Below are positions 10,484-23,400 of a stretch of DNA of 64,000 nt, piece by piece. The position numbers and the translations under genes are program-made. This DNA comes from Candidatus Kapaibacterium sp. (GTDB lineage: Bacteria; Bacteroidota; Ignavibacteria; OLB7): positions 23,883-87,882 of the forward strand of contig DATLHO010000169.1 of the NCBI GenBank assembly GCA_035539855.1, given 5' to 3'. The first letter of the stretch is position 1; the number at the start of each line of letters is the position of its first letter. The notes below the pieces were generated by a model. It was not told the origin of the DNA. It did no database searches and saw only the letters and a list, made by a program, of their open reading frames with translations.

Positions 10484-11794
10484 ATGAACATCTCCGACAC
10501 CGACGATCCGAACGGCGCGCTCGACGACGCCGGCGCCGAGCAAGACCCGCCGCGGCGCAGCACGAGCCGCGACCTCGATGCGATCGCCATGCGTCTGGCC
10601 GGCGCGCGCTCCAAGGCCGACGCGCAGCCCACCGATGACCGCGCGAGCGCCTCGTCCGACGGACAGTCAACCGGTGACGGCGCGCGCGCGCGTGACGCGG
10701 CGCGCATCCGCTCGCTCATGGATCGCTCGCCCGACGACGCGTTCGTGCCGGCTGCACGAGGCTACGCCTCGGCGCTGCCGGACGTCTCGGCCGCAACGTC
10801 GGCGACGTCGACCGCGACGCCTGCGGGCTCGACCACCGTCGATCGCATGGGGATGGCGACGGGCGCCGGCGTCCCGGCTGATACCGAGTCCGCATCAGGC
10901 GCGCCGGAGCCGCTTCGCTTCCCGCGTCAGGACGAGCTCGACGACCGCGCACGTCCGATGCCCGCGGTTCCGCCGCGCCGGCTCGCGCGCGCGATCGCCG
11001 TCGGCGTGACGGCGACGGCCGGACTGGTCATCGCCCTCGGCGCGTATGCCGGCGGCGGAGAGCTCGTCTCGTCGATCATCGATGGCGACGATCGCCCCGT
11101 GGCCGCTACGCCGGCCTCCGGGGCCGGACTCGCCCCGGTCATCATCGACTCGGCTCTCTCGTCGGCCGACTCGATCGCCGATGCCGAGCAGCGCGCGACG
11201 TTCGGTGAGCTCCCGAACGACACCATCCGGCGCGCCCCGTTCGGCTCCGGCCGCATCGTCAGCCTGCCGGGCGCCCGGCGTCCGAGAGTCGGCGACAGCC
11301 TGCAGCCGCAGGGGAACGCCGACGGCGCGACCGCGACCGGCACCGAGACGCCGAACACGGCGGCGTCGGTGACCAACACGACTGCGACACCGCCGAAACC
11401 GACTCCTCCGGCACCGAAAGCGACATCGGCCACGACCACGTCGGCGATGAAAACGACGCCAACGCCGAGTGCGACGGCTTCGAAGGCGTCGCCATCGTCG
11501 ACGAAGCCGGCCGCGTCGTCGCGCGAGACGGCCCCGGCGACTCGTGATGGGCAGGCCGCGTCGCGCACGGCGGCGTATCTTGTCCAGATACGCGCGACGC
11601 CCGACCGCGGTGAAGCCGACCGGCTCGCCTCGCGGCTGCGCTCGCGCGGAGCGAGCAACGTCACCGTGACTCCGGCCACGAAGGACGGGGCGACCGTCTA
11701 CCGCGTCCGGTACGGATCATTTCCGAGCGCCGACGCCGCGCGCACCGCCGCGCGCCGCGACGGACATGCAGGCGCCTGGATCGTCAAACGGTAG
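10484..11794 (+). CDS. SPOR-domain (peptidoglycan-binding) membrane protein with Pro/Thr/Ser-rich linker
   Basis: Single TM (AIAVGVTATAGLVIALGAYAGGG). Low-complexity TATGTETPNTAASVTNTTATPPKPTPPAPKATSA linker. C-terminal SPOR-like YLVQIRATPDRGEADRLASRLRSRG…VYRVRYGSFPSADAARTAA. Confidence 0.7.
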   Translation: MNISDTDDPNGALDDAGAEQDPPRRSTSRDLDAIAMRLAGARSKADAQPTDDRASASSDGQSTGDGARARDAARIRSLMDRSPDDAFVPAARGYASALPDVSAATSATSTATPAGSTTVDRMGMATGAGVPADTESASGAPEPLRFPRQDELDDRARPMPAVPPRRLARAIAVGVTATAGLVIALGAYAGGGELVSSIIDGDDRPVAATPASGAGLAPVIIDSALSSADSIADAEQRATFGELPNDTIRRAPFGSGRIVSLPGARRPRVGDSLQPQGNADGATATGTETPNTAASVTNTTATPPKPTPPAPKATSATTTSAMKTTPTPSATASKASPSSTKPAASSRETAPATRDGQAASRTAAYLVQIRATPDRGEADRLASRLRSRGASNVTVTPATKDGATVYRVRYGSFPSADAARTAARRDGHAGAWIVKR

Positions 11795-11882
11795 TCCCGT
11801 GACATGACGCCAGTCAGGTTGCACCACCGCATCAGCCACTAACTTGCTTGCCGGCGCAAACGCGCCGGTCACTGTCGCATCC

Positions 11883-14201
<2,319 letters not shown>

Positions 14202-14221
14202 AAGCGTCCGGTATGATGTCG

Positions 14222-14265
14222 AAAGGCCCGCGAAATGCATAGTTTCGCGGGCCTTTTATTCTTTT
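14222..14265 (+). terminator. Rho-independent terminator
   Basis: Perfect 14-bp stem aaaggcccgcgaaa / tttcgcgggccttt with 7-nt loop, followed by tattcttttcg T-rich tract, right after the maeB stop. Confidence 0.8.
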
Positions 14266-14403
14266 CGCGCAATACACTTCGACATCTAACTTTTCTTTAA
14301 TCCTCGTCGTTGACCGACTGCGGCCAGAGATCCAGAGGTCTGGCACGTACCACAGGCACCGATTCGAATCACGGCTTCCCGGTGGGGGAGAAGCGAGTCT
14401 ACA

Positions 14404-14964
14404 GTGACGACATCGAAAAGCAGGGTAGACCGGCACGCGTCCGCCTCCGACGACGAGCTGCTGCGTCTGATCGCCGAGGGCCATAAACAGGCATTCATAC
14501 GCCTGTACGACCGGTACCGAGGCGCGCTGTTCACGTACTGCTGCCGAATGCTCGGCGACCGTGAGCGCGCGAAGGACGCCCTTCAGGAGGCATTCACAAA
14601 AGCCTACCAGAACGCGGGGATGTACCGGCCCGGGACGAATGTCTCGGCGTGGCTCTACCGACTCACACGCAACGTCTGCATCGACCTTCTGCGCGCCCGC
14701 CGCGAGCACGAGGTGATCGACGACATGCAGCTGCCGGCGCGCGAGGTCGAACAGGACGTTCTCCTGCAGGACGTGCTGACCGAGGAGATCGAAAAGCTCC
14801 CGGAGATCTATCGTGAGGCAGTCATCCTCCGCGATGTACAAGGGCACAGCTACGACGAGATCGCAACGATCACGGGCACCGCGATCTCGACGGTCAAGTT
14901 CCGAATCTTCAAGGGACGCGACACGCTCCGGCAACGGCTTGCCGCATATCTCGAGAACCAATGA
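14404..14964 (+). CDS. ECF (sigma-70 family group 4) RNA polymerase sigma factor
   Basis: GTG start. Region 2 (LIAEGHKQAFIRLYDRYRGALFTYCCRML, …NVSAWLYRLTRNVCIDLLR) and region 4 (YREAVILRDVQGHSYDEIATITGTAISTVKFRIFKGRDTLRQ). Confidence 0.85.
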   Translation: MTTSKSRVDRHASASDDELLRLIAEGHKQAFIRLYDRYRGALFTYCCRMLGDRERAKDALQEAFTKAYQNAGMYRPGTNVSAWLYRLTRNVCIDLLRARREHEVIDDMQLPAREVEQDVLLQDVLTEEIEKLPEIYREAVILRDVQGHSYDEIATITGTAISTVKFRIFKGRDTLRQRLAAYLENQ

Positions 14965-15518
14965 AAGACGATCTTCACGAACTGATCGACGGGGGCCTCC
15001 CGGATGAACAGGCAGCAGAGCTTCTGCACCTGCTCTCAGTCGATCCCGAAAAGCGCACGATGTTCCGCCATCAGATGCAGTTGCAGCATGGGCTCTGCCG
15101 CAACGAGCGCCATGGCGCGATGACCTCCTTCGAGGAGGGCGAGATGCTCGACCGAATCTCCCGCTCGGTCGGAGAACCGGCCCCGAGCGCCGGACGCTTC
15201 GCCCGGCGCGGTATTCTGATGCTCGCCGTCGGGTTTCTCGTCGGCAGCGGAGCGGGCTATCTGGGCCATTCGCTCGTGGCGAGTCCCTCGATGGCGGCGC
15301 AGTCCGCGCCCGACACCGTGCGGATCGTCCAGCAGTCTCCCGTTCCATCACCGGTCGTGGTGAACATCAACCGCGACTCGCTCGTCACCGCGATCGCCGA
15401 CTCGCTCAAGGCCGAGCAGGTCAAGCCCGCGACGACCACCAAGCGCTCGACCAAGTCGTCGGCGCGCCCGACGAAAAAGCGGCGCCAGGGCGCCAATCCG
15501 TGGACCGGCGCGAACTGA
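14961..15518 (+). CDS. Putative anti-sigma factor (single-pass membrane protein)
   Basis: ATGA overlap with the sigma gene stop (translational coupling). One TM (RRGILMLAVGFLVGSGAGYLG). Basic C-terminal tail. Confidence 0.6.
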   Translation: MKDDLHELIDGGLPDEQAAELLHLLSVDPEKRTMFRHQMQLQHGLCRNERHGAMTSFEEGEMLDRISRSVGEPAPSAGRFARRGILMLAVGFLVGSGAGYLGHSLVASPSMAAQSAPDTVRIVQQSPVPSPVVVNINRDSLVTAIADSLKAEQVKPATTTKRSTKSSARPTKKRRQGANPWTGAN

Positions 15519-15685
15519 CGACGCCCGGCTGACAATCGCGAGCTACGCATGGCTCCAAACGCGACAGGGCCCCGGTCGATTGACCAGGGCCCTGTCGCGT
15601 TTTGTCGTTCCGGTGCCACGCCCGAGACGCGACCCGGCTCGCATGACGATTCGACGCCTCGCGAATCACAGGCGCTCCCGGATCG

Positions 15686-16330
15686 CTAGCTCGCCGAGCC
15701 GAAGAGCTTCGCCTTGATCGCGATCGTCTCGCCAACCTTCGAGCCGACGAGTCCGCGCGTGCCGACGACCTTGAAGTCCTTCAGCGACACGGTGAACGCG
15801 GCGTCGAACATCACAAGGGCGCCCGGCGCCCGCTTGCGGGTCGTCGCCGACTCGTCGAGCCAGGTCATCGAGAACGGCACCGACATCTGCTTCGACACGC
15901 CGTGCATCGTGAAGGTGCCCGTCGCCGTTCCCTTCGCCTTGTTGCCGCTCACCTTGATCCCGCTGACCGACGCGATCGTGAACGTGATCTCGGGATACTT
16001 CGCGGCGTCGAGCCACTGCGCGCCCTTGAGATGCCCGTCACGCGTGGCGTTGCCGGTCTTCATGGTCGAGACCTGCGCGCTGATCGAGCCACGCAGCGTC
16101 GCGAGGTTCTGGGGATCCACCGTCAGCGTGCCACCGACTCCCTCGGCCGTTCCCTTGATCTTCTCGAGCGGAGCATCGCTGCTCCACGTGAACTGGTTCT
16201 TCCCGACACGATCGCTCAACGTGATCGTCTTCGCGCCGCGGGCGGACACCTTGAGCGGCTGCGCCACGGAGGCGGCGGTCCCGGCCAGCGCCATGATCAC
16301 CGAAGCCACAAGCAGTCGTCGTACTCGCAT
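15686..16330 (-). CDS. YceI-family periplasmic protein
   Basis: Signal peptide MRVRRLLVASVIMALAGTAASVAQ. YceI-like core (FTWSSDAPLEKIKGTAEGVGGTLTVDP…RDGHLKGAQWLDAAKYPEITF). Confidence 0.8.
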   Translation of the reverse strand: MRVRRLLVASVIMALAGTAASVAQPLKVSARGAKTITLSDRVGKNQFTWSSDAPLEKIKGTAEGVGGTLTVDPQNLATLRGSISAQVSTMKTGNATRDGHLKGAQWLDAAKYPEITFTIASVSGIKVSGNKAKGTATGTFTMHGVSKQMSVPFSMTWLDESATTRKRAPGALVMFDAAFTVSLKDFKVVGTRGLVGSKVGETIAIKAKLFGSAS

Positions 16331-16582
16331 CGAGTCCCTCTATCGATAGGAATGACCGGGAGGCGACTCCGCCCACCTGGGGGCTGGGACACCCCTGGTG
16401 CGACGGGGATTAATGATGGTGCGACAGGGATTGACTCCCGGAGTCCGCGCGTGTGCTACATTGCTCCCGTCGCCCGCTTCACGCGGCGTCTCCTGCCCTG
16501 ACAATTCGATGACATCCGCGCGACCGGCCGGTGAAAACGGCTCCCGCACCCGACGCTAGCTTCGATCCGGATTCCCTCGGAG

Positions 16583-19144
16583 ATGGGATCACGCCCGACG
16601 AACGAACGCATGCGTAGCTCCCCGACCATCCCGCCCGCCTCGCGAGTCGCGCTCGCGGTGCTCAACCTCGTCGTCGTCGCCCTCTGTGTCGCCGGCTTCG
16701 CACAACTGCGCCAGAAACCCTCGATTCATGTTGATGTCGCCGAGCGCGGTGGCCGCGTCGTCGTCACGAGGCTCGACGCACTCGCGAGCAGCGGTCCGGA
16801 TGCGCCTCGATCGGGCGACACCATCCTCGCGCTCGATACGCTTCCGATCGCGAGCGCAACCGGGTTGGAGACCCTGCTCGACGCCCGGCGCATCGGGGAT
16901 GTCGCTCGCCTGACGCTCGAGCAGGCGCGCACCGTCCGCAGCGTCGAGGCCACCCTCACGCGTCACTACTCGACCGTCTATCAGGTCATCGTCCTGCTCG
17001 TGGCCGCGCTCTTCTACGGCCTCGGCGTGCTCGTGCTCGCGAAGCGCCCGGGCGACCCAGCGGCCATGACGTTCCACGTCGCGATGGATGCCGTCGCGGT
17101 GATGCTCCTGGCGACCGCCGGGCGTCACGCGATCGAGCCCCATGGACTCGGTCACGTCGTGCGTGTCGCGGACCTGCTCGCCTACGCGCTGATGACCGTG
17201 CTGTTCTTCCACTTCACGCTGCAGTTCCCGACACCGAAGTGGGAGAGGCTCCGCAGGCGCATCGGGTGGGTCTATGCGGCGGGCGTGCTCGTGGCTCTCG
17301 TCGCGGGGGCCGCGTTCCTGCTGGCGACGCTCGTCAACGAACGGCGATGGCTCGAGACCTTTGCCTCGACGTTCGGGTTCGTTCAGAAGTTCTTCGGTGT
17401 TCTCGGCCTGGCCAGCGTTGCGAGCTTCATCGACTCGTATCGCCGGTCGGTCGAGCGCGCCGAGCGCATCAAGCTGCGCTGGGTGCTGACGGGCGTGACC
17501 GTCGGGTTCCTTTCGTTCATCGCATTCCAGCTGATCCCGCAGTGGATTCACGAGCCTCCGCTCGTCGCGGAGGAGTGGATCGTGCTGCTCGCGGGCGTCG
17601 CCCCGGTGACGTTCTCGATCGCGATCATCCGGCACCGGGTGATGGATCTCGATCTGCTGCTGAGTCGATCGACGGTCTACACGATCGTGCTGGCGACGCT
17701 CGCGATCACCTACACCGGACTGGTATTCGCGCTCGGCGCGGTTGCGCGCGCGATCACCGGCACGAGTGGCGACATCGTCCCGGTCATCGCGACGCTGGCG
17801 ATCGCCCTGATGTTCGAGCCGGCGCGCGCGCGCGCGCAGTCGTTCGTCGATCGCCGGTTCTTCCGTACGCGCTACAACCTCCGGCAGGCCCAGCGCGAGC
17901 TCGTCGACGAGCTCAACGCGTGCGTCGAGACGGGCCGGCTCGCCGCCACCGCGATCGGCATCCTCGACGACATCCTCGCTCCCGAGCGCATCGCTCTGGC
18001 GACCGTTCAGTCCGACGGCGCCGCCGCGACGCTGCACGCCGAGCGCGGGCTCTCCGACGACGCGCGGGAGTGCATCACCGACGCAGACATCGCGACACAG
18101 CTCCTGCAATTGAGTCCGGGAGAGATCCACGCCGACGAGCGATGGATAGAGCCCGGCGTCGAGATCGCCACGAACGGCGGCGACGTCCTCCGGCGCCTCG
18201 GCGTCTGTTGCGCGATCGCTTCGACCTACGGTGACGGGCAGCGCGCCGTGCTGCTGCTCGACCGCAGGAAATCCGGCACGCGCTATTCGCTCGAGGATCT
18301 CGACGTATTGCGCACCGCCATCACAACGACGGGTCTCGGCCTCGAGAGGATCATGCTGCAGACAAACATTCTTCGCCGCGAAGCCGAGGCCGAGCAATTG
18401 CGGGAGCTCGATCGCATCAAGTCGTACTTCGTCTCGAGCGTCACGCACGAGCTCAAGACACCGCTGACGTCGATCCGCATGTTCGCCGAGATACTGCAGG
18501 GCGAGCACGAGCTCGAGCGCGCCCGCGTGCAGCGCTACGCGCGGATCATCGAGTCCGAGAGCATTCGTCTCGCACGGCAGATCGACAACGTCCTCGACTT
18601 CTCGAAGATCGAGCGCGGCACGAAGGACTATCGCTTCGAGACCGTCGACCTCGCCGCGCTGGTTGACGGCGTGCTCGAGACCGTCGAGCACCAGCTCACG
18701 AGCGCCGGGTTCTCGCTCGAGCGCACCGATGACGGGCACGAGCTCACGCTCGTCGCCGACCGCGACGCGATCGCCGGCGCGATCGTCAACCTCGTCTCGA
18801 ACGCGATCAAGTACTCCGGCGCCGACCGCTCGATCGCGGTGCGGACGTATCGTCTCGACGGCCACGCCGCCGTCGCCGTCACGGACCGGGGCATCGGGTT
18901 GTCGGAGTCCGACCGCGCGCGCGTCTTCGAGCCGTTCTTCCGCGCCGAGTCCGCGAAGAACAGCGGCGCGGCCGGAACGGGACTCGGTCTGGCGCTCATC
19001 CGCCACGTCGTCGAGGCCCACGGCGGCAGCGTCGAGATCGAGAGCCGTCTGGGCGTCGGCAGCACGTTCACACTTCTGCTTCCTCTGAGCGACCACCATT
19101 TGACGAGCAGCCGCCATGAAGAGCATTCTGTTGATCGAGGATGA
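16583..19144 (+). CDS. Sensor histidine kinase (PDZ-like N-terminal segment, polytopic membrane domain, HisKA + HATPase_c)
   Basis: Multiple TM helices between about aa 130-400. H-box VSSVTHELKTPLTSIRMFAEIL. N/G boxes (NLVSNAIKYSG, DRGIGL, GTGLGLALI). Alternative start at 16610. Confidence 0.85.
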   Translation: MGSRPTNERMRSSPTIPPASRVALAVLNLVVVALCVAGFAQLRQKPSIHVDVAERGGRVVVTRLDALASSGPDAPRSGDTILALDTLPIASATGLETLLDARRIGDVARLTLEQARTVRSVEATLTRHYSTVYQVIVLLVAALFYGLGVLVLAKRPGDPAAMTFHVAMDAVAVMLLATAGRHAIEPHGLGHVVRVADLLAYALMTVLFFHFTLQFPTPKWERLRRRIGWVYAAGVLVALVAGAAFLLATLVNERRWLETFASTFGFVQKFFGVLGLASVASFIDSYRRSVERAERIKLRWVLTGVTVGFLSFIAFQLIPQWIHEPPLVAEEWIVLLAGVAPVTFSIAIIRHRVMDLDLLLSRSTVYTIVLATLAITYTGLVFALGAVARAITGTSGDIVPVIATLAIALMFEPARARAQSFVDRRFFRTRYNLRQAQRELVDELNACVETGRLAATAIGILDDILAPERIALATVQSDGAAATLHAERGLSDDARECITDADIATQLLQLSPGEIHADERWIEPGVEIATNGGDVLRRLGVCCAIASTYGDGQRAVLLLDRRKSGTRYSLEDLDVLRTAITTTGLGLERIMLQTNILRREAEAEQLRELDRIKSYFVSSVTHELKTPLTSIRMFAEILQGEHELERARVQRYARIIESESIRLARQIDNVLDFSKIERGTKDYRFETVDLAALVDGVLETVEHQLTSAGFSLERTDDGHELTLVADRDAIAGAIVNLVSNAIKYSGADRSIAVRTYRLDGHAAVAVTDRGIGLSESDRARVFEPFFRAESAKNSGAAGTGLGLALIRHVVEAHGGSVEIESRLGVGSTFTLLLPLSDHHLTSSRHEEHSVDRG

Positions 19145-19802
19145 CCCGGCGATCCGCACCGGCATCCAGGAGAGCCTCGAGCTCGAGCACTTTCACGTGA
19201 TCGTCGCCACCGACGGCGAGCTTGGCAATCAGATGGCGCGGCGCGAGAAGGTCGATCTCATCCTGCTCGACCTCATGCTCCCCGGGCGCAACGGGGAGGA
19301 GATCTGCCGCGAGCTGCGTCGTGACGGCATCACGACGCCGATCATCATGCTCACGGCCAAGGGTGAGGAGATCGATCGCATTCTCGGGCTCGAGATCGGA
19401 GCCGACGACTACGTGACGAAGCCGTTCAGCATCCGCGAGCTCATCGCGCGCATCCGCGCGGTGTTGCGCCGCGGGGCCGGCAAGGGCGCCGCGACGCTCG
19501 ACGAGTATTCGTTCGGCGACGTCCACCTCGACTTTATGCGGCAGGAGGCGACCAAGGCGTCCGAGCCCCTGAAGCTGACCGCGATGGAATTCAAGATCAT
19601 GCGATACTTTGCCGAGCGCGAGGGGGCGGTGATCACGCGCGACATGCTGCTCGACGACGTGTGGGGCTACGACGCCTATCCGACGACCCGCACCGTCGAC
19701 AACTACATGCTCGGCCTGCGCAAGAAGATCGAGACATCGCCGTCAGAGCCGGAGCATCTGCTGACGGTCCACAAGGCCGGCTACAAGCTGGTCAAGGGCT
19801 GA
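19116..19802 (+). CDS. OmpR-family response regulator (REC + winged-helix)
   Basis: MKSILLIEDDPAIRTG…LLDLMLPG…TAKG (REC) and C-terminal wHTH (LTAMEFKIMRYFAEREG…RTVDNYMLGLRKKIE). Overlaps the HK 3' end by 29 nt. Confidence 0.9.
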   Translation: MKSILLIEDDPAIRTGIQESLELEHFHVIVATDGELGNQMARREKVDLILLDLMLPGRNGEEICRELRRDGITTPIIMLTAKGEEIDRILGLEIGADDYVTKPFSIRELIARIRAVLRRGAGKGAATLDEYSFGDVHLDFMRQEATKASEPLKLTAMEFKIMRYFAEREGAVITRDMLLDDVWGYDAYPTTRTVDNYMLGLRKKIETSPSEPEHLLTVHKAGYKLVKG

Positions 19803-19833
19803 ACCGAACACCCATCGACATCCGGATTTCACC

Positions 19834-20268
19834 GTGTCCGCGCTTCCCGAGCACATCACGCTTCGCACCGGCGAGAGCATCCCCGTTTCCAGCCTCGAGT
19901 TCGCGACAAGCCGCAGCGGCGGTCCCGGCGGGCAGAACGTCAACAAGGTCGAGACGAAGGTCGAGGTCCGCATGGCGATCGCCGAGTCGGAGCACCTGCG
20001 CGAGAGCACGCGTTATCGACTGCTCGAGAAGCTCGCGACGCGCCTCGACTCCGGCGGGGTGCTCCGGCTGACCAGCGCGACCGAGCGCACGCAGCTCGGC
20101 AACCGCCGTGCGGTGCTCGCGCGCCTCGCGATGCTGCTCGACGTCGCGCTCGAGCCGGAGAAGAAGCGGGTGGCGACGCGGCCGAGCCGGGGATCGAAGG
20201 TGCGGCGCAGGGAGTCCAAGGCGAAGCACGCCGAGAAGAAGGAGCAGCGGAGATGGAAGGGCGAATGA
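19834..20268 (+). CDS. arfB: Alternative ribosome-rescue factor ArfB (peptidyl-tRNA hydrolase, GGQ release-factor domain)
   Basis: 144 aa, GTG start. SRSGGPGGQNVNKVETKVEV GGQ motif. Basic C-terminal tail (RRESKAKHAEKKEQRRWKGE) typical of ArfB/YaeJ. Confidence 0.8.
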   Translation: MSALPEHITLRTGESIPVSSLEFATSRSGGPGGQNVNKVETKVEVRMAIAESEHLRESTRYRLLEKLATRLDSGGVLRLTSATERTQLGNRRAVLARLAMLLDVALEPEKKRVATRPSRGSKVRRRESKAKHAEKKEQRRWKGE

Positions 20269-20439
20269 CGCCCGCGAGGACCCCGGCGACGCCCGACGAA
20301 TGCCCTGACCATTGCCTGGATCGGACGTTATCTTAGTCTTCCATGCGTACACTTCCGACGTGTACCCTTCGTCAGCAGGACATCCCCCGGCCATCCCGGC
20401 CACGACTGATACGCCCCTTTCAACGCAGCCTTCACTTCC

Positions 20440-23400
20440 ATGACCTCTGTACGACCTGCCATGCTCGCGGCCATCGCGTCGACAGCGATTGCGACGCTCG
20501 CGCTGGCATTCCCCCTGCAGGCACGCGATGCGCGTGCGGCCGCCCATCCGAGCGAGACGCGGCCCCGGGCCGAGGCGACGTACGCCACCGGGACCGTCAT
20601 CCTGAAGCTCCGCCGTGGCGTCGCGAACGAACGCCGTGGCGTCGAGTTCGACGTTCCCGCGATCGACGCGGTCATGCAGCAGATCGGCGCATCGTCGCGC
20701 ACGCCGCTGTTCCCGCGCGCGCCGATGTCCTCGACGCCGGCCGGCGTCAGCGGCGCGGCTCCGTCCGACGCCGGGTTCGACCGGGTGTACATCGTCGGCT
20801 ACGACGGCCCGTTCGATCCGAAGTGGGTCAGTGAGCGGCTGGCCGCCACGAGCGCGGTCGACTACGCCGAGCCCTACTACTTCTTCACGACCGACGGTTC
20901 GCCGGTCAACGATCCGCAGCTCGCGCAGCAGTACTGGCTCAGCGTGATCAAGGCCCAGGAAGCGTGGGATGTCACCCTTGGCAGCCCCGACGTCCTCATC
21001 GCGATCATCGACTCAGGCGTCGACTGGACGCACGAGGATCTCAGCGAGTCCATCTGGGAGAACGTCGCCGAGACCGGCACCGATGGCCAGGGCAACGACC
21101 GCCGAACCAACGGCGTCGATGACGACGGCAACGGGTTCACCGACGACTGGCACGGCTGGGATCTGGTCGGCAACGTCTCGATCGAGGATCTGATGTCGCG
21201 GCGATTCGCGCCCGACAACAACGCCGCGCCACTTCTCAACGGCACGCACGGCACGACCGTCGCCGGCTGTGCCGCCGCGCGTACGAACAACGGCAAGGGC
21301 ATCGCCTCGCCCGGCTACAGCGCGAGCATCCTGCCGGTCAAGGTCGCGGCGGATTCCGTCACGACGGCGATCAGCGCCGGCTACGAAGGCATCATCTACG
21401 CCGCGGACATGCGCGCGGCGATCATCAACTGCAGCTTCGGCGGCGCGATCACCGGCGGCTCGCAGGCGCTGCAGCAGGTCATCGATTACGCGTCGGCCCA
21501 GGGTGCGCTCGTCGTCGCGGCCAGCGGCAACTCGGGTCAGAACGTCGAGGCGGTCACGCACGTGCCTGCCGGACTCAACGGCGTTCTGTCGGTGGGCGCA
21601 ACGGGCATGTCGGATTACGCGGACACGTCGTACACCAACAGCGGTCTCGGCGTGCACGTGTACGCACCGGGCACCAACGTGCTGACGACCTATCCTGGCA
21701 ACCGCTACGCCGGCAACGGCATCACCGGCACGAGCTTCAGCTCGCCGATCACCGCCGGCGTCGCCTCGCTCGTCCTGGCGGTGCACCCGACATGGTCGGC
21801 CGCCCAGGTCGCGACACAGCTTCGAATCACCGGCGATCGCACGAACATCAACAACGCGAGCCGCTTCGCGCCGCACTTCTTCCGCCGCGTCAACGCGAAG
21901 CGCGCGGTCACGATCAATCGCTCGTTCGATTCGGGTGAGCGCATGCCGGGCCTGGCGATCGAGTCGTTCCGACTCAACGGCCGAACGCGCGACACCATCC
22001 GCAGTCTCGATGACGTCATGACCGTGACGCTGTCGCTCAAGAACCTGCTCGCGCCGACGACCGATCTGAAGATCGACACGTGGCCCGGCCAGATGCTCCG
22101 CGCCCGCTCCGTCGTCTCCGTCCCGACGATCGCCACCGCCGCGAGCGCGATGGTCGACATCGAGCTGGAGATCGATCCGGAGTCGGCCGAGCGCTTCAGC
22201 GAGGGATCGTTCGACCTCGTGCTCCGTCTGCGTGACGGCAGCTTCGAGGACGTGCTGCCGGTGCGCATCCCGGTGAAGCTCGCCGGCTGGCGCCAGATGG
22301 CGAAGTTCGGCGGACCGAGCACCGCGTACGCGACGCAGTCGATCGCCGCGCCGACGCCGACCGCCGGCTGGGCCGTGGCGAACGTCAACGGCGAGCGTCC
22401 CGCGTTCACGCGCACCAGCGACGGTCGCTCCTGGGCGACGTTCCGCAACATCGCGACGACGACGGAGCCGGTGTACTGCGTCGCGGCGGTGAGCGCGCAG
22501 CTGGCATGGGCCGGCGCGAGCCCGAGCAGCGGCTCGGCCGCGGTCTACCGCACCATCAACGGCGGCACGTCGTGGCAGAAGACGGCGGTGACGACCATCA
22601 CGCCGTTCATCAACGCGATCCACTTCTTCGACGAGAACGAAGGCATCCTCATCGGTGACCCGCGCTCGAGCCGCTGGGGAATCGGCATGACCACCGACGG
22701 TGGCGCCACGTGGCGCGCGCTGCCGAGTCCGGTCCCGGCCGGCGCCGGCGAGGCGGGCTGGAACAACTCGTTCACCGCGTTCGGCGACAACCTCTGGTTC
22801 GGTACGAACAACAATCGCATCTATCGCTCGACCGACCGCGGCTACACGTGGACGTCGGCGCAGACGCCGGGCGTCGCCTCGTTCTCGCTCGCGTTCACGT
22901 CGGCCACCGAAGGACTTGCCGTGTTCAAGCGCACGGTCTCGGGCCAGACGTGGGTCGGCGCCAACGCGCTGGCCGTCACGCGCAACGGCGGCATCTCGTG
23001 GCAGACGATCCAGCTTCCGTACGGCATGACCGCAGACGCCGCCACCGCGATCCCCGGCACCAACCGGATACTCGTGGCGACCGAGAGCGGCATCGTCGAG
23101 ACCGCCGACCTCGGCGCGACCTGGACGGTCGTGGCGGCTCCGGCCTCGGTCTTCAACTGGAAGGCCAGCGAGAGCGGCGCCCGCTACGGCACCGGCGTGC
23201 AGCTCGCGGCAGCGACCGCAGACGGAGCCGTCGCCGCCTTCGGCGTCAACGGCACCGGCACGATCATCGGCTACCGCGAGGAGGCCCCGTCGGCCGCTCC
23301 GCTCGAGGCCGAGGCCACGCGCGGCATGCTGCTCGAGCCGTTCCCGAATCCGACCGGTGACCTGACGACGATCGGCTTCGAGCTCGCCGCACCTGCCAGC

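Noticed and set aside
10578-11679. Alternative-frame ORFs inside the SPOR gene (10578-11009 +, 10927-11679 -, 11046-11372 +)
   Set aside because: Arg/Pro/Ser-rich frame artefacts of a GC-rich gene. The SPOR frame carries the TM, linker and SPOR domain.
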